Source of the DNA: a virus
Lineage: Duplodnaviria; Heunggongvirae; Uroviricota; Caudoviricetes
Length of the DNA stretch: 64,000 nt
IMG/VR virus record: IMGVR_UViG_3300024303_000028
Coordinates: 44,613 to 108,612 of that record
Direction: 5' to 3' (one strand)
Under the pieces are notes generated by a model. That model was not told where the DNA came from and did not search any database. It saw only the letters and a list, made by a program, of their open reading frames with translations. Below, in pieces: positions 47,913-56,076 of this stretch. The stretch's first letter is position 1. The number at the start of each line of letters is the position of its first letter. The position numbers were made by a program, and so were the translations under genes.

Positions 47913-48242
47913 TCATTGAAAGATTTCTTTCAAATCCAACGGGATGACAGAATCTTCAATAGTCTCGAGTTCTTCGATGCCGATGATCTTGTACCCATGT
48001 CTTTTGAAATAAGACGCCTGATCCCAGCCAACGCCAAGATCGTATAGGGACTTGCCGATGGTAACATTCTCTCCATACTTTTCATAAGCGAACTTCAGCC
48101 ATTTCTCGTCATACTTATCATATATGCACGTCTCAGGATGTAGTGTCTTTCTAGCAAATAGCATGAAGGTAAGTGCGTTCATGCCACAACGAACTGCAAC
48201 TTTACCTTCCTCAAAGCCGTCTGGTAGAACGAATTGCTTCAT
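47913..48242 (-). CDS. PLDL-motif family small protein (paralog 1)
   Basis: 109 aa, N-terminal VAVRC...LTFMLFA, C-terminal VIPLDLKEIFQ. Confidence 0.55.
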   Translation of the reverse strand: MKQFVLPDGFEEGKVAVRCGMNALTFMLFARKTLHPETCIYDKYDEKWLKFAYEKYGENVTIGKSLYDLGVGWDQASYFKRHGYKIIGIEELETIEDSVIPLDLKEIFQ

Positions 48243-48258
48243 CTGTCCATCTCCCTCT

Positions 48259-48588
48259 TTATGAGTAAATATCGGTTAGATTCAATGGATTTGGGTTGCA
48301 TCGACCGGTGACATGGGCATCGAAGTATTCCTCAAATTCTGTAAATGGGATAACCGGAAAGCCATACTCAGAATAAAAAATTTCCTCACCCGTACTTAAT
48401 CTACCGTCTAGCTTACGAACGCCAAGCCCATGCGCATAACACACCGTCTTGAAGTCATAACGATCCAGCTCGCCGCCGAGCGGATAATGCGAGAAACCAA
48501 ATTCCTCGGCAAGATCACAGAAGAGATCGTTGTCCTTTGCTTCGACCTTAACGGCCATCCGAGTATTCATCAAGTCTCTAAAATTCAT
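48259..48588 (-). CDS. PLDL-motif family small protein (paralog 2)
   Basis: 109 aa, C-terminal NPNPLNLTDIYS. Confidence 0.55.
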   Translation of the reverse strand: MNFRDLMNTRMAVKVEAKDNDLFCDLAEEFGFSHYPLGGELDRYDFKTVCYAHGLGVRKLDGRLSTGEEIFYSEYGFPVIPFTEFEEYFDAHVTGRCNPNPLNLTDIYS

Positions 48589-48606
48589 ACGATCCCTCCA
48601 TTAAAG

Positions 48607-48686
48607 TGCAGGAAGCGGGACTTGAACCCGCACGTGCTGGACACCAGATCCTAAGTCTGGCGCGTCTGCCATTCCGCCATTCCTGC
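48607..48686 (-). tRNA. tRNA-Leu (anticodon UAG), class II
   Basis: Acceptor GCAGGAA/TTCCTGC; arm CCAGA-CTTAGGA-TCTGG; 13-nt variable region; T-arm GCGGG-TTCAAGT-CCCGC. Confidence 0.7.
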
Positions 48687-48687
48687 A

Positions 48688-48778
48688 TGGTAGGAGCTCC
48701 CGGATTCGAACCGGGGTTTACCTTGCTAGGGCTTCCGGTTTATAAGACCGGGGCTCTCACCGGCTGAGCTAAGCTCCC
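48688..48778 (-). tRNA. unusual tRNA: anticodon UAU (Ile-like), class-I-type D-arm but a 19-nt extra arm, encoded CCA
   Basis: Acceptor GGGAGCT/AGCTCCT+ACCA; D-arm GCTC-AGCCGGTGA-GAGC; anticodon arm CCGGT-CTTATAA-ACCGG; T-arm CCCGG-TTCGAAT-CCGGG; 5' end overlaps the HNH gene's last 3 codons. Confidence 0.5.
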
Positions 48779-49332
48779 ATTTGATAAGCTCTTGAATGTG
48801 ATTCCAATCCGTAACTCTTGCACCATTTTCTGACAGCATTATCAGTAACTGAGTACATTCTCCCCACAGCAGTGAAGTTCCCGTGCTGCTCACTAATCAC
48901 CGATCTCAGTTCTTTCTTGGAAGGCTTAGCTGATACACGCTGTCGTCTCACTACGGTGCGCTGCTTTCGCTTTGAATGGCTAGCGCCTTTCATATTTTCT
49001 TTATGGTCAACCCATCGCAAATTACCTAGATGATTGTTTGCACGATTACGATCGATGTGGTCTACCTCTGGAAGTGATAACGGATTGTCAAGAAATGCTT
49101 CTGCAACTAAGCGATGAATGTACTTTTTATATTGTTTTCCATCGACATTCAGACCAATTTGCATATAACCAGTAGTAGTTACATATGATTGCCGAAGATG
49201 CTCGGGTTGCCACACCAATGCGCCGTTATTCTTTATATACCGTCCCTTCGTAAGAACCCTTCCATGAGATGAAATCATGTGAGAAGATTCAAAGCCGACT
49301 ACATCTTTCCAAACCTCCTGTGTATAATCCAT
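48769..49332 (-). CDS. HNH homing endonuclease (NUMOD4-like N-terminus, HNH core, C-terminal HTH)
   Basis: Start at MDYTQEVW after a GGAG RBS. VDHIDRNRANNHLGNLRWVDHKEN HNH motif. C-terminal GRMYSVTDNAVRKWC shared with ORF 12266-12529. Confidence 0.8.
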   Translation of the reverse strand: MDYTQEVWKDVVGFESSHMISSHGRVLTKGRYIKNNGALVWQPEHLRQSYVTTTGYMQIGLNVDGKQYKKYIHRLVAEAFLDNPLSLPEVDHIDRNRANNHLGNLRWVDHKENMKGASHSKRKQRTVVRRQRVSAKPSKKELRSVISEQHGNFTAVGRMYSVTDNAVRKWCKSYGLESHSRAYQMGA

Positions 49333-49697
49333 ACCATTCACTCCAAACATAAATAGAATGGGACAGCAGGTCTGACGGACTGCTGTCCCAAGGCACTGTC
49401 TTACTCCTGTCAGTGGAGCGTAAAGACGATGCCACAATCCGCGCCTCCGCTACCCTTTATGCATGGGGCGTGAGGCACTTGCGCTTTGCCAGTCATCAGC
49501 GTTTGTCAACAGGCAACTGATCAGGCCGCCGCGGCGCCGCTCGAAAACATAACTAGCATGCCACGCCGCTTGTTGTTTTGGGACTTTGAACCCACAGGGA
49601 TTCCGGACTCCCCGGTAGCTTTACTGGCGGACCTTAACGTCGGTCCAAACGGCGGATGGGTTGTGATCGGCTAACCTCTTTTGCTCTAAATGCCGTG

Positions 49698-49770
49698 AGC
49701 TACTGGTGGGACTTGAACCCACGACCTACTGATTACGAGACAGTTGCTCTACCTGCTGAGCTACAGCAGC
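49698..49770 (-). tRNA. tRNA-Thr (anticodon CGU)
   Basis: Acceptor GCTGCTG/CAGTAGC; arm ACTGT-CTCGTAA-TCAGT (U31-U39 mismatch); T-arm GTGGG-TTCAAGT-CCCAC. Confidence 0.65.
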
Positions 49771-50030
49771 ATATGGTACAGACTAAAGTCGCGTACTTCA
49801 GTTGTACCACACGTTTGCAAACACTCTGGCCTGTATACAAGCCATTGTCGGGAGCGAGAGGAATCGAACCTCATCAAACCATCTCTCCCATACCAACCCG
49901 GTTAGGTCCGGGCAGCCCGCGCATCTGCCGTTTGATCGCAGTGAGAACGTACCCGCCATTCGACTTGATATTGATCGTCCTCACTCTGCCTTTGAGTAGT
50001 GGCGCAATTTGCTATCATATCTACTCGTGG

Positions 50031-50114
50031 AGCTGGTAGCCAGATTCGAACTGGCGATGCGGTTTCCCATCCGGCTTACAAAACCGGCGCACTCGGCCGC
50101 TGTGCGATACCAGC
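50031..50114 (-). tRNA. unusual tRNA: anticodon UGU (Thr-like) with a 15-nt extra arm
   Basis: Acceptor GCTGGTA/TACCAGC; arm CCGGT-TTTGTAA-GCCGG; extra arm (G)ATG-GGAAACCG-CAT(C); T-arm GCCAG-TTCGAAT-CTGGC. Confidence 0.5.
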
Positions 50115-50121
50115 ATGATTG

Positions 50122-50451
50122 TTATTCGTTTATATCCCAACATGTGAAAATCAACGATAGATCAAGCGGAGAAACACGTTCAATTTCTCCACAAACATCG
50201 CTTAATGTAAGAATCGGATCTTTGCCAACGCTGTCTCGACTAAGGTGTATTCCGAGACGCCTGTCGCCATGTCGACCTCGCGTCATACCAAGATACATAT
50301 GCTTGAAGGGCTTAATCGAACAATGGCGACTGCATTCCTCACCGTTAATCCAAACAATGTTTTCTCGAGCACACAAATCCATGAACGCGTAGAACTCGTC
50401 CGCCCCATTGATTTCGATCGCATAATTCCCGTGAATAATCCGGTCCATCAT
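50122..50451 (-). CDS. PLDL-motif family small protein (paralog 3)
   Basis: 109 aa, AIEINGADEFYAFMDLCARENIVW, C-terminal VSPLDLSLIFTCW. Confidence 0.55.
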   Translation of the reverse strand: MMDRIIHGNYAIEINGADEFYAFMDLCARENIVWINGEECSRHCSIKPFKHMYLGMTRGRHGDRRLGIHLSRDSVGKDPILTLSDVCGEIERVSPLDLSLIFTCWDINE

Positions 50452-50475
50452 ACCCCTCCATGTTAGAATTAAAAG

Positions 50476-50856
50476 TCATAAACCGGCATCCTCCATGTAT
50501 ATGTCATTTAGATCAATCGGTGCAACACATGTGCTGGGCACATACCCACACGCATCGAGAAGATCCTCATATGTATAAACGACCTGTGGACTCAGAGGTT
50601 TATGAGCATATCGGCCGACACATCCATACGTGGTGAGAGCAATACACGGTTCCCATCCACGTTCTTCATCCTTTCGATATAATTCGTCTATATGATCGGA
50701 TAACAAAGATGCACCGCTTGCAAACACCCATCCAAGCTCATGAAGCATTTCACATACATGGCGAAAGTCGTCTGCGTGGATACGGAATGCAACCGTACCA
50801 TTTTTATTCATTACGAAACCATTTGTGATGTCGACATATTGTCTTATTGCATCCAT
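50476..50856 (-). CDS. PLDL-motif family protein (paralog 4)
   Basis: Start trimmed to MDAIRQY (AAGGTGG RBS) because the track N-terminus (GTGGSNPS) is a translation of tRNA-Ser; C-terminal APIDLNDIYMEDAGL. Confidence 0.5.
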   Translation of the reverse strand: MDAIRQYVDITNGFVMNKNGTVAFRIHADDFRHVCEMLHELGWVFASGASLLSDHIDELYRKDEERGWEPCIALTTYGCVGRYAHKPLSPQVVYTYEDLLDACGYVPSTCVAPIDLNDIYMEDAGL

Positions 50857-50894
50857 ACTTCCGCCCACCTTACATCTTAATGCTGAATACCAAG

Positions 50895-50980
50895 CGCAGC
50901 GAGAGGGATTCGAACCCCCGGTGCCTTTCGACATCACTGGTTTTCAAGACCAGCGCCTTAAACCGCTCGGCCATCGCTGC
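50895..50980 (-). tRNA. tRNA-Ser (anticodon UGA), class II
   Basis: Acceptor GCAGCGA/TCGCTGC; arm CTGGT-CTTGAAA-ACCAG; 17-nt variable arm; T-arm GGGGG-TTCGAAT-CCCTC. Confidence 0.75.
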
Positions 50981-50994
50981 ACAAAACAAATGAA

Positions 50995-51309
50995 TTACTC
51001 ACTATATAACTGAATAAGATCCAGGGGAACTGGATCAGATTGATTTCGGATATCAATCTCAAGCTCTTCAAAACTAATCACATGACACGGATAATACTTA
51101 CGATCACACACCGTATCATACATTAAATGATAGCATCGATTGAAAATGATTGTGCGATCGATTTTCCCTATGCTGAGAAACTTACTATAATCCGTTGGCT
51201 TATCGCCGCTACCCCATACCAGACCGCATTTTTCACATAGATTCATGAACTCTACAAGCTGACTTTTGTTGCATAGAACAGCAACTTCTCCGTCCAAAAA
51301 TCTCTGCAT
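50995..51309 (-). CDS. PLDL-motif family small protein (paralog 5)
   Basis: 104 aa, GEVAVLCNKSQLVEFMNLCEKCGLVW, C-terminal DPVPLDLIQLYSE. Confidence 0.55.
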   Translation of the reverse strand: MQRFLDGEVAVLCNKSQLVEFMNLCEKCGLVWGSGDKPTDYSKFLSIGKIDRTIIFNRCYHLMYDTVCDRKYYPCHVISFEELEIDIRNQSDPVPLDLIQLYSE

Positions 51310-51472
51310 ACATCCTCCTAATTAGAAAACATTCAGGCTCCCTTATGCACCTTTGCCGAAGCGAGGGAGCCACCGTGCTTGGAGTGGGCGCGGCCCGAGC
51401 TCATATATTTGCTCGGATATGAACAGACAATGTGAAATGCTATGCGTACACAAGACTCAGGCGGCAACCTGA

Positions 51473-51548
51473 ATGGCTGGGGATGCAGGACTTGAACCTG
51501 CGCATACGGGAGTCAAAGTCCCGTGCCTTCACCAACTTGGCGAATCCC
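51473..51548 (-). tRNA. tRNA-Gln (anticodon UUG), encoded CCA
   Basis: U1:A72 acceptor TGGGGAT/ATCCCCA then GCCA; arm CGGGA-CTTTGAC-TCCCG; T-arm GCAGG-TTCAAGT-CCTGC. Confidence 0.75.
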
Positions 51549-52050
51549 CAACGGGGGTCGGTTTCACCGGGCGTCCACCCAAGACCAGGGGTCTTGGATT
51601 GCTTTCTCTAACCGACAAGGATGCACTTTCTCTTTAGCCCCGCGCAGAAGGCAGCGTTTCCTCCCGCTTGCACACTTTCGTAGTGCCCACGCTATCAACG
51701 CCAGTTATTCGGCGATCATTCCGGGAGCGACCCGGTCGCACGGGACTCATCCCTCTGGTTACCACCCTGTCAAGGCGTGGATAGTCTAAGCGTTAGGCGA
51801 CCTCCCCGCTTCCCGGAAGGGAGATCTGCCTGCTGGAATCGTACCAGCCCCTCCATGCTTCTTCGATACTTCTCCACATGGATTCGAACCTCGCTTATTC
51901 AGGATCACACACAACCTGATCGCTCCCTCATCTACAGCTCAGAGGAAGCTTTGGCGTAGCACAGAGGCTGTACAGTGAGCCCGCCGGATGTTTATGCTCT
52001 TTACGCCACATTATTGCGAGCAGACTTTTACCCGGTACTGCCATAAGGGG

Positions 52051-52124
52051 CGTCTGAGTGAAGGGATTCGAACCCCCGACCCCCTGACCCCAAATCAGGC
52101 GCGCTACCAAACTGCGCTACACTC
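52051..52124 (-). tRNA. tRNA-Pro (anticodon UGG)
   Basis: C1:G72 acceptor CTGAGTG/CACTCAG; arm CCTGA-TTTGGGG-TCAGG; T-arm GGGGG-TTCGAAT-CCCTT. Confidence 0.75.
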
Positions 52125-52135
52125 AGATATGAGCC

Positions 52136-52357
52136 TTACGGCTCATTGGAACCAACCAATCTACAAAAGTTAAGCCGAACCAGTTCCTTCGTCTTCGTCC
52201 GAACCCGATCGATCGCTTCATGATATGCGTCAGCAATATCCTTAGCTTGGATTCGGAAGTAGAAACGCATTTCTCCGGGCGTGGTTACAAGTTTATTTCG
52301 ATTGCATGCGAATGCCACTTCAACGAACATGACCTCATATGTATTCATTATGGCCAC
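52136..52357 (-). CDS. hypothetical protein
   Basis: 73 aa. Confidence 0.4.
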   Translation of the reverse strand: MAIMNTYEVMFVEVAFACNRNKLVTTPGEMRFYFRIQAKDIADAYHEAIDRVRTKTKELVRLNFCRLVGSNEP

Positions 52358-52505
52358 CTCCGATGGTTACATACGATACTCCTGACCGCACTTCTTGCAG
52401 ATTTTCTCGTAGTGATACCGGCTATCCCGATACTTCTGATAGTTGATGACCTGGACGGTCTGCCATTCGTGACGATGGAACAGTTTCTTAATCCACTTGA
52501 TCATG

Positions 52506-52880
52506 TTATATTTCTCCCTTCATGTTTGTACGAAAAGATTGCAGTACATCCTCCGGAAACGGTATTCTTTCCGGTGCTGTCCGACGAAAGCCTTTATGTG
52601 CATGTGTCAGATGCTCGTAAGTGATGAGCGCGGCATCCGAAGCAAGTATATTATGATTCGCGATCGAAATACAATAGAGGCTCATGTCCTTAACCTGGAA
52701 GTAGTAGTGATCGAAGCAATCATCTGTGAGAAAGTCCGGATCAACACGAACTTCCAAATTCAACAGCTCATTTCCAAACTGGCGCCGTTGATTTCCTGAT
52801 GCGCAGTGAACCAAAAACTCACCATTCAGGATCTTATCTGATATCTCCGTTTCGTACCAAGGAACGAACTTACTTTCCAT
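52506..52880 (-). CDS. hypothetical protein
   Basis: 124 aa. Confidence 0.45.
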   Translation of the reverse strand: MESKFVPWYETEISDKILNGEFLVHCASGNQRRQFGNELLNLEVRVDPDFLTDDCFDHYYFQVKDMSLYCISIANHNILASDAALITYEHLTHAHKGFRRTAPERIPFPEDVLQSFRTNMKGEI

Positions 52881-52889
52881 GGTGCCTCC

Positions 52890-53120
52890 TCACATACCGT
52901 ATTGACGGATCCTGTCAATCTCAACCAGTACACCTTCCAGATCACCACGATCAAACAAGCCGTCGATGATTCGTTGCTGGTAATACGGTGATAATAAAAC
53001 GACGGTTTCGTCAGGCCAATCAGAACACTTGACCAGGATCTGCGTCTTCTTATTCTGTATCTTACAAGCAAACGTATCGTCGTGCTCGATGATCTGTGCG
53101 GCGATCTCTTTCAGTGTCAT
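52890..53120 (-). CDS. hypothetical protein
   Basis: 76 aa. Confidence 0.4.
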   Translation of the reverse strand: MTLKEIAAQIIEHDDTFACKIQNKKTQILVKCSDWPDETVVLLSPYYQQRIIDGLFDRGDLEGVLVEIDRIRQYGM

Positions 53121-53479
53121 TGTCCGTTCCTTTCAGATCCAAGGTACATTGTAGCTTGCCCGGTAGTTTGAAATCGCGAAACGAATTCTGAGTTATCGCC
53201 TGGAAGCTCCACATGTCTCTTCCGTTCGTATACCAGAGGTTGCATTTGCGGAACATCAGGGACTTGACAACTGGACGCCCAGCGCCTATAGGATTCGGCA
53301 GAGTAGTATGTATGGTTCACGTAGTTCTGGTACTCTTGGACACACGCCTTGGCGAATTCAACCGATTGCGTATGGAACGCAGACTCGACGTGCCGACCGT
53401 AATTAAATGCAGATAGGATAACCAGAAGAAAAATGGCTACGCCGATTGCGGTTAAGAAAACATCCATATGTACCTCCAA
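53117..53479 (-). CDS. membrane-anchored hypothetical protein
   Basis: 120 aa, N-terminal TM (VFLTAIGVAIFLLVILSAF). Confidence 0.45.
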   Translation of the reverse strand: MEVHMDVFLTAIGVAIFLLVILSAFNYGRHVESAFHTQSVEFAKACVQEYQNYVNHTYYSAESYRRWASSCQVPDVPQMQPLVYERKRHVELPGDNSEFVSRFQTTGQATMYLGSERNGQ

Positions 53480-53535
53480 TACTCAATTATGATGTAGTAA
53501 GACTCGTCATCCTGCAAAGCTTGATGAATCTAATA

Positions 53536-53587
53536 AATTCTGAGACCCCTGGGCTAATACCGTATTAGCACTAGGGTCTTAGAATTT
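53536..53587. terminator. long nested palindrome / bidirectional terminator-like hairpin
   Basis: AATTCTGAGACCC ... GGGTCTTAGAATT 13-bp stem (1 mismatch) enclosing inner palindrome GCTAATAccgTATTAGC; T-rich both sides. Confidence 0.5.
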
Positions 53588-54059
53588 ATTTGATTGATCC
53601 AGCGTGCGGCCAAAGGTTATTGAGAATATACGATACATCAGGTCACACCTTGATGTCCTGTTCGCTAAGCGTCAGGTATGCATGACGAGTGATTGTGCTT
53701 CACAATCTGAAAGTGAGGCTCGTGACGTCTTCTCGAGGAGGAAGGCGCCATGGACCAGGTTCCTGAGCTGATCCGGAGCGGAGTTCAACGATCGTCAGTG
53801 TCTGGAGTCTGGGCAGAAGAACGAACGATATATGCGCAGTGGGACGAAGCGTTCGTGTGCTCGACCAGGACTAAGAGGTGAGCGGCCGCTTGAGTCGCAG
53901 CGAGCTGTCTCTCAAGGGCCCGCGGGACGACCGGTACCCGCAGGCGGGCAGGCTCCTCCTCCCTGACAATTCGTTACCACCGGTGAAACCTGATGGTGTT
54001 CGGTTGAAACGAACTATTCATTGTGAAGCGAAGGCTGATATTACATCAGCACGGATTGG

Positions 54060-54314
54060 TTACGGGACTCGGTATACGTCAACACAACCAGGAATGTGGC
54101 CGTCCATGGAGTCGTTGACGAGGTACATTTCATCCTGAAGGTCGAAGGAAAAGTACATCACACCAAGAACAGACTTGGCGTCGATCCTTCGGGTGCCGTC
54201 TTTATTCTCGATAGAGAAGGCGTAGGGCAGCGGGAGAAGCGTCTGAACGAAGTTCATGACTTCCGCCTGATTCGTCAGGCGAATATGAGCACGAGAATGA
54301 GGAACATGGTTCAT
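54060..54314 (-). CDS. HPr-like (PTS phosphocarrier fold) small protein
   Basis: 84 aa; IDAKSVLGVMYFSF resembles the HPr AKS[IL]xxxxxLG core; N-terminal PHSRAHI near the HPr His15 position. Tentative. Confidence 0.4.
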   Translation of the reverse strand: MNHVPHSRAHIRLTNQAEVMNFVQTLLPLPYAFSIENKDGTRRIDAKSVLGVMYFSFDLQDEMYLVNDSMDGHIPGCVDVYRVP

Positions 54315-54387
54315 CTTGAAAACCTCCTTGTGTTAGAGAAGCCTGTTGCTTTCTCTTTATCATATATAAGGAAATTGACACGCCCTC

Positions 54388-54588
54388 TCAAAGTACGGTA
54401 AGTTCCGTCCGTTGAAAGGGGTCAAAAATGCGTAAATTTTGAAAATGATTCGCCGAAGATACCTCCAACACCGACTCTTGGAAGTACTCTTCGTACTCCT
54501 TTCTGGTGGGGAAAAGCATCCAACTGCCATCCGGGAGCCGGCCTCTGTGACCGCTCGGAACATCAAAGCCGCAGGGCGAATCATACAT
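54388..54588 (-). CDS. small ORF translationally coupled to the RT gene
   Basis: 66 aa; its start overlaps the RT stop by 8 nt. Confidence 0.3.
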   Translation of the reverse strand: MYDSPCGFDVPSGHRGRLPDGSWMLFPTRKEYEEYFQESVLEVSSANHFQNLRIFDPFQRTELTVL

Positions 54589-55723
54589 TACCGGACAGCT
54601 CCTTTCTGACCATTTCCATCAGGTCGACATTGAACTTCTCATTGTAGCGGCGAATGATATGTTCAATGTAGTCCTTTTCAACCATCTTGTAATAGGAAAT
54701 CAAACCGGAGAAAACCTGCACATCATGCAGTTCCCAATGCGTACCTTTCTGGACATCACAAATGAAGGAGTGACACATGGCTTTGAAACGATCCACGTTC
54801 TTCCAACCAATAGTGATTTGATTTCGACCGTTGAGCATCAGACCGAGACACCAATTGCTGCCGGAAGAAGAACCGTAGTGAGTCTTCTTACCATTGATAG
54901 AAAAAGGAGCGTTGAATGCCTTCAGGGTTGCAACGACCCTTGCTTCGATCTTTTTATAATTGAAGTCATGGGGACAGCTGATCAGAATATCGTCGGCATA
55001 TCGGGTATACGTCATATGCACTTCATGAAGTCCGTTGGCTAGGCGATGGTCAAGGGGGATCATCATGAGGTTGGTCAACATGGGAGAGATCGGCGTACCC
55101 TGAGGCAACCCACCGTTCAGCGTGCAGAGATTCAAACATTTCCTCAAAGCGACAGGGCCTTCAGGATCTCGCACAACCTCCGTAAAGGGGAAGATCTGTG
55201 TGATCTGATCGAACAAAAAGTTCTCAGTGGTAGACGGAAAAAAACCGGAAAAGTCCAGCTTCAAAAACCATCGTGCACCGGTGGCCTGATGGCGCTTCAG
55301 GACATCAACCGTGCTACGATCTTTGACGTATGCGAAAGCGGATGTATGATGGAGAGCGAAAAACTTCGTCTCAAAGATCGTTTTCAGCTCGTTCAGCGCC
55401 GCTTTCAACTCTTCATTCGGAGCGTCGATCTGGCGCAAACCGCCGGTCTTCTTCGGAATGTGGAAGGTATGGTACAGTTCTTGACGAGGCCGGTTGTACA
55501 ATGCGGCATGACGATCTGCAAAATCTTTCAAAACCGCGGTCAGAAGTGATGGGGATACCTGTGCTCTGAGACGTTCCGGAATTTGAGACACGTGACGGGT
55601 GATCGTTCCGCCACCGGCGACACGGTCAGGCTCATTCAGAAGGGACTCGAATGATCCATAAATCATTTCCTCGAGAGTCAGCTGTCGAGCTTTACGAAGA
55701 ATATGAGTAGTAATGTAAGGCAT
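54581..55723 (-). CDS. retron-type reverse transcriptase
   Basis: Start at the ATG 9 nt after GGAGG. Motifs LKLDFSGFFPST (xDxxxFFxSI-like), LPQGTPISPMLTNL, RYADDILIS (YADD), KKTHYGSSSGSNWCLGLMLN (retron NxxH...VTG-type region, here CLG). No maturase X or endonuclease domain. Confidence 0.75.
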   Translation of the reverse strand: MPYITTHILRKARQLTLEEMIYGSFESLLNEPDRVAGGGTITRHVSQIPERLRAQVSPSLLTAVLKDFADRHAALYNRPRQELYHTFHIPKKTGGLRQIDAPNEELKAALNELKTIFETKFFALHHTSAFAYVKDRSTVDVLKRHQATGARWFLKLDFSGFFPSTTENFLFDQITQIFPFTEVVRDPEGPVALRKCLNLCTLNGGLPQGTPISPMLTNLMMIPLDHRLANGLHEVHMTYTRYADDILISCPHDFNYKKIEARVVATLKAFNAPFSINGKKTHYGSSSGSNWCLGLMLNGRNQITIGWKNVDRFKAMCHSFICDVQKGTHWELHDVQVFSGLISYYKMVEKDYIEHIIRRYNEKFNVDLMEMVRKELSGNV

Positions 55724-56076
55724 GGATGAACCTCCTCTGTAACCTGTGATATCTGTGTGGATGAGGGGCACGCAAGTTAGTTAGTGCTCGTTGCAGTAAC
55801 TTAGCGATTGGTGCCTTAGAGAAAAATTTGTCGATGAGTGCGAACAACATGTTGCTTTGGTAAAGGTTGAAGGAACTGATATCTTGGGGTTGACAATCGA
55901 GTCGAAATCTGTTACCAGAAGCGAGCAGTTGCCTGAAGAGAAGAGGCGCGCGTAATACGTGGATCCTGCAGCTGGCTGCCTCTCTCTCCTCGCCGACGAT
56001 TCGTTACTCCCGGTAAGACCTGAGAGTCCTCCTAAAGATAGAAGGTATGCGTTACAGAATTAACATTTTAGGTGCG
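55724..56076 (-). ncRNA. candidate retron ncRNA (msr/msd) region upstream of the RT
   Basis: 353-nt ORF-poor leader. 8-nt inverted repeat UCUGUAAC (plus 56051-56058) ... GUUACAGA (plus 55736-55743) at its two ends, like a2/a1. Five GTWAC motifs. 10-nt palindrome CAACATGTTG. Confidence 0.3.

Noticed and set aside
47585-47919. Plus-strand ORFs 47585-47833 and 47704-47919 across the tRNA-Leu(UAA) locus
   Set aside because: They overlap a well-folded tRNA on the opposite strand and have no translation signals.
50857-50937. N-terminal extension of ORF 50476-50937 (MMSKGTGGSNPSRCAW...)
   Set aside because: These codons translate the tRNA-Ser T-arm and acceptor region (GGTTCGAATCC -> GSNPS). The CDS was trimmed to the internal Met with its own RBS.
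53878-54138. Plus-strand 86-aa ORF in the GC-rich intergenic block
   Set aside because: Overlaps the HPr-like gene on the other strand, has no RBS, and has an Arg/Pro/Gly-rich composition typical of GC-rich noncoding DNA.
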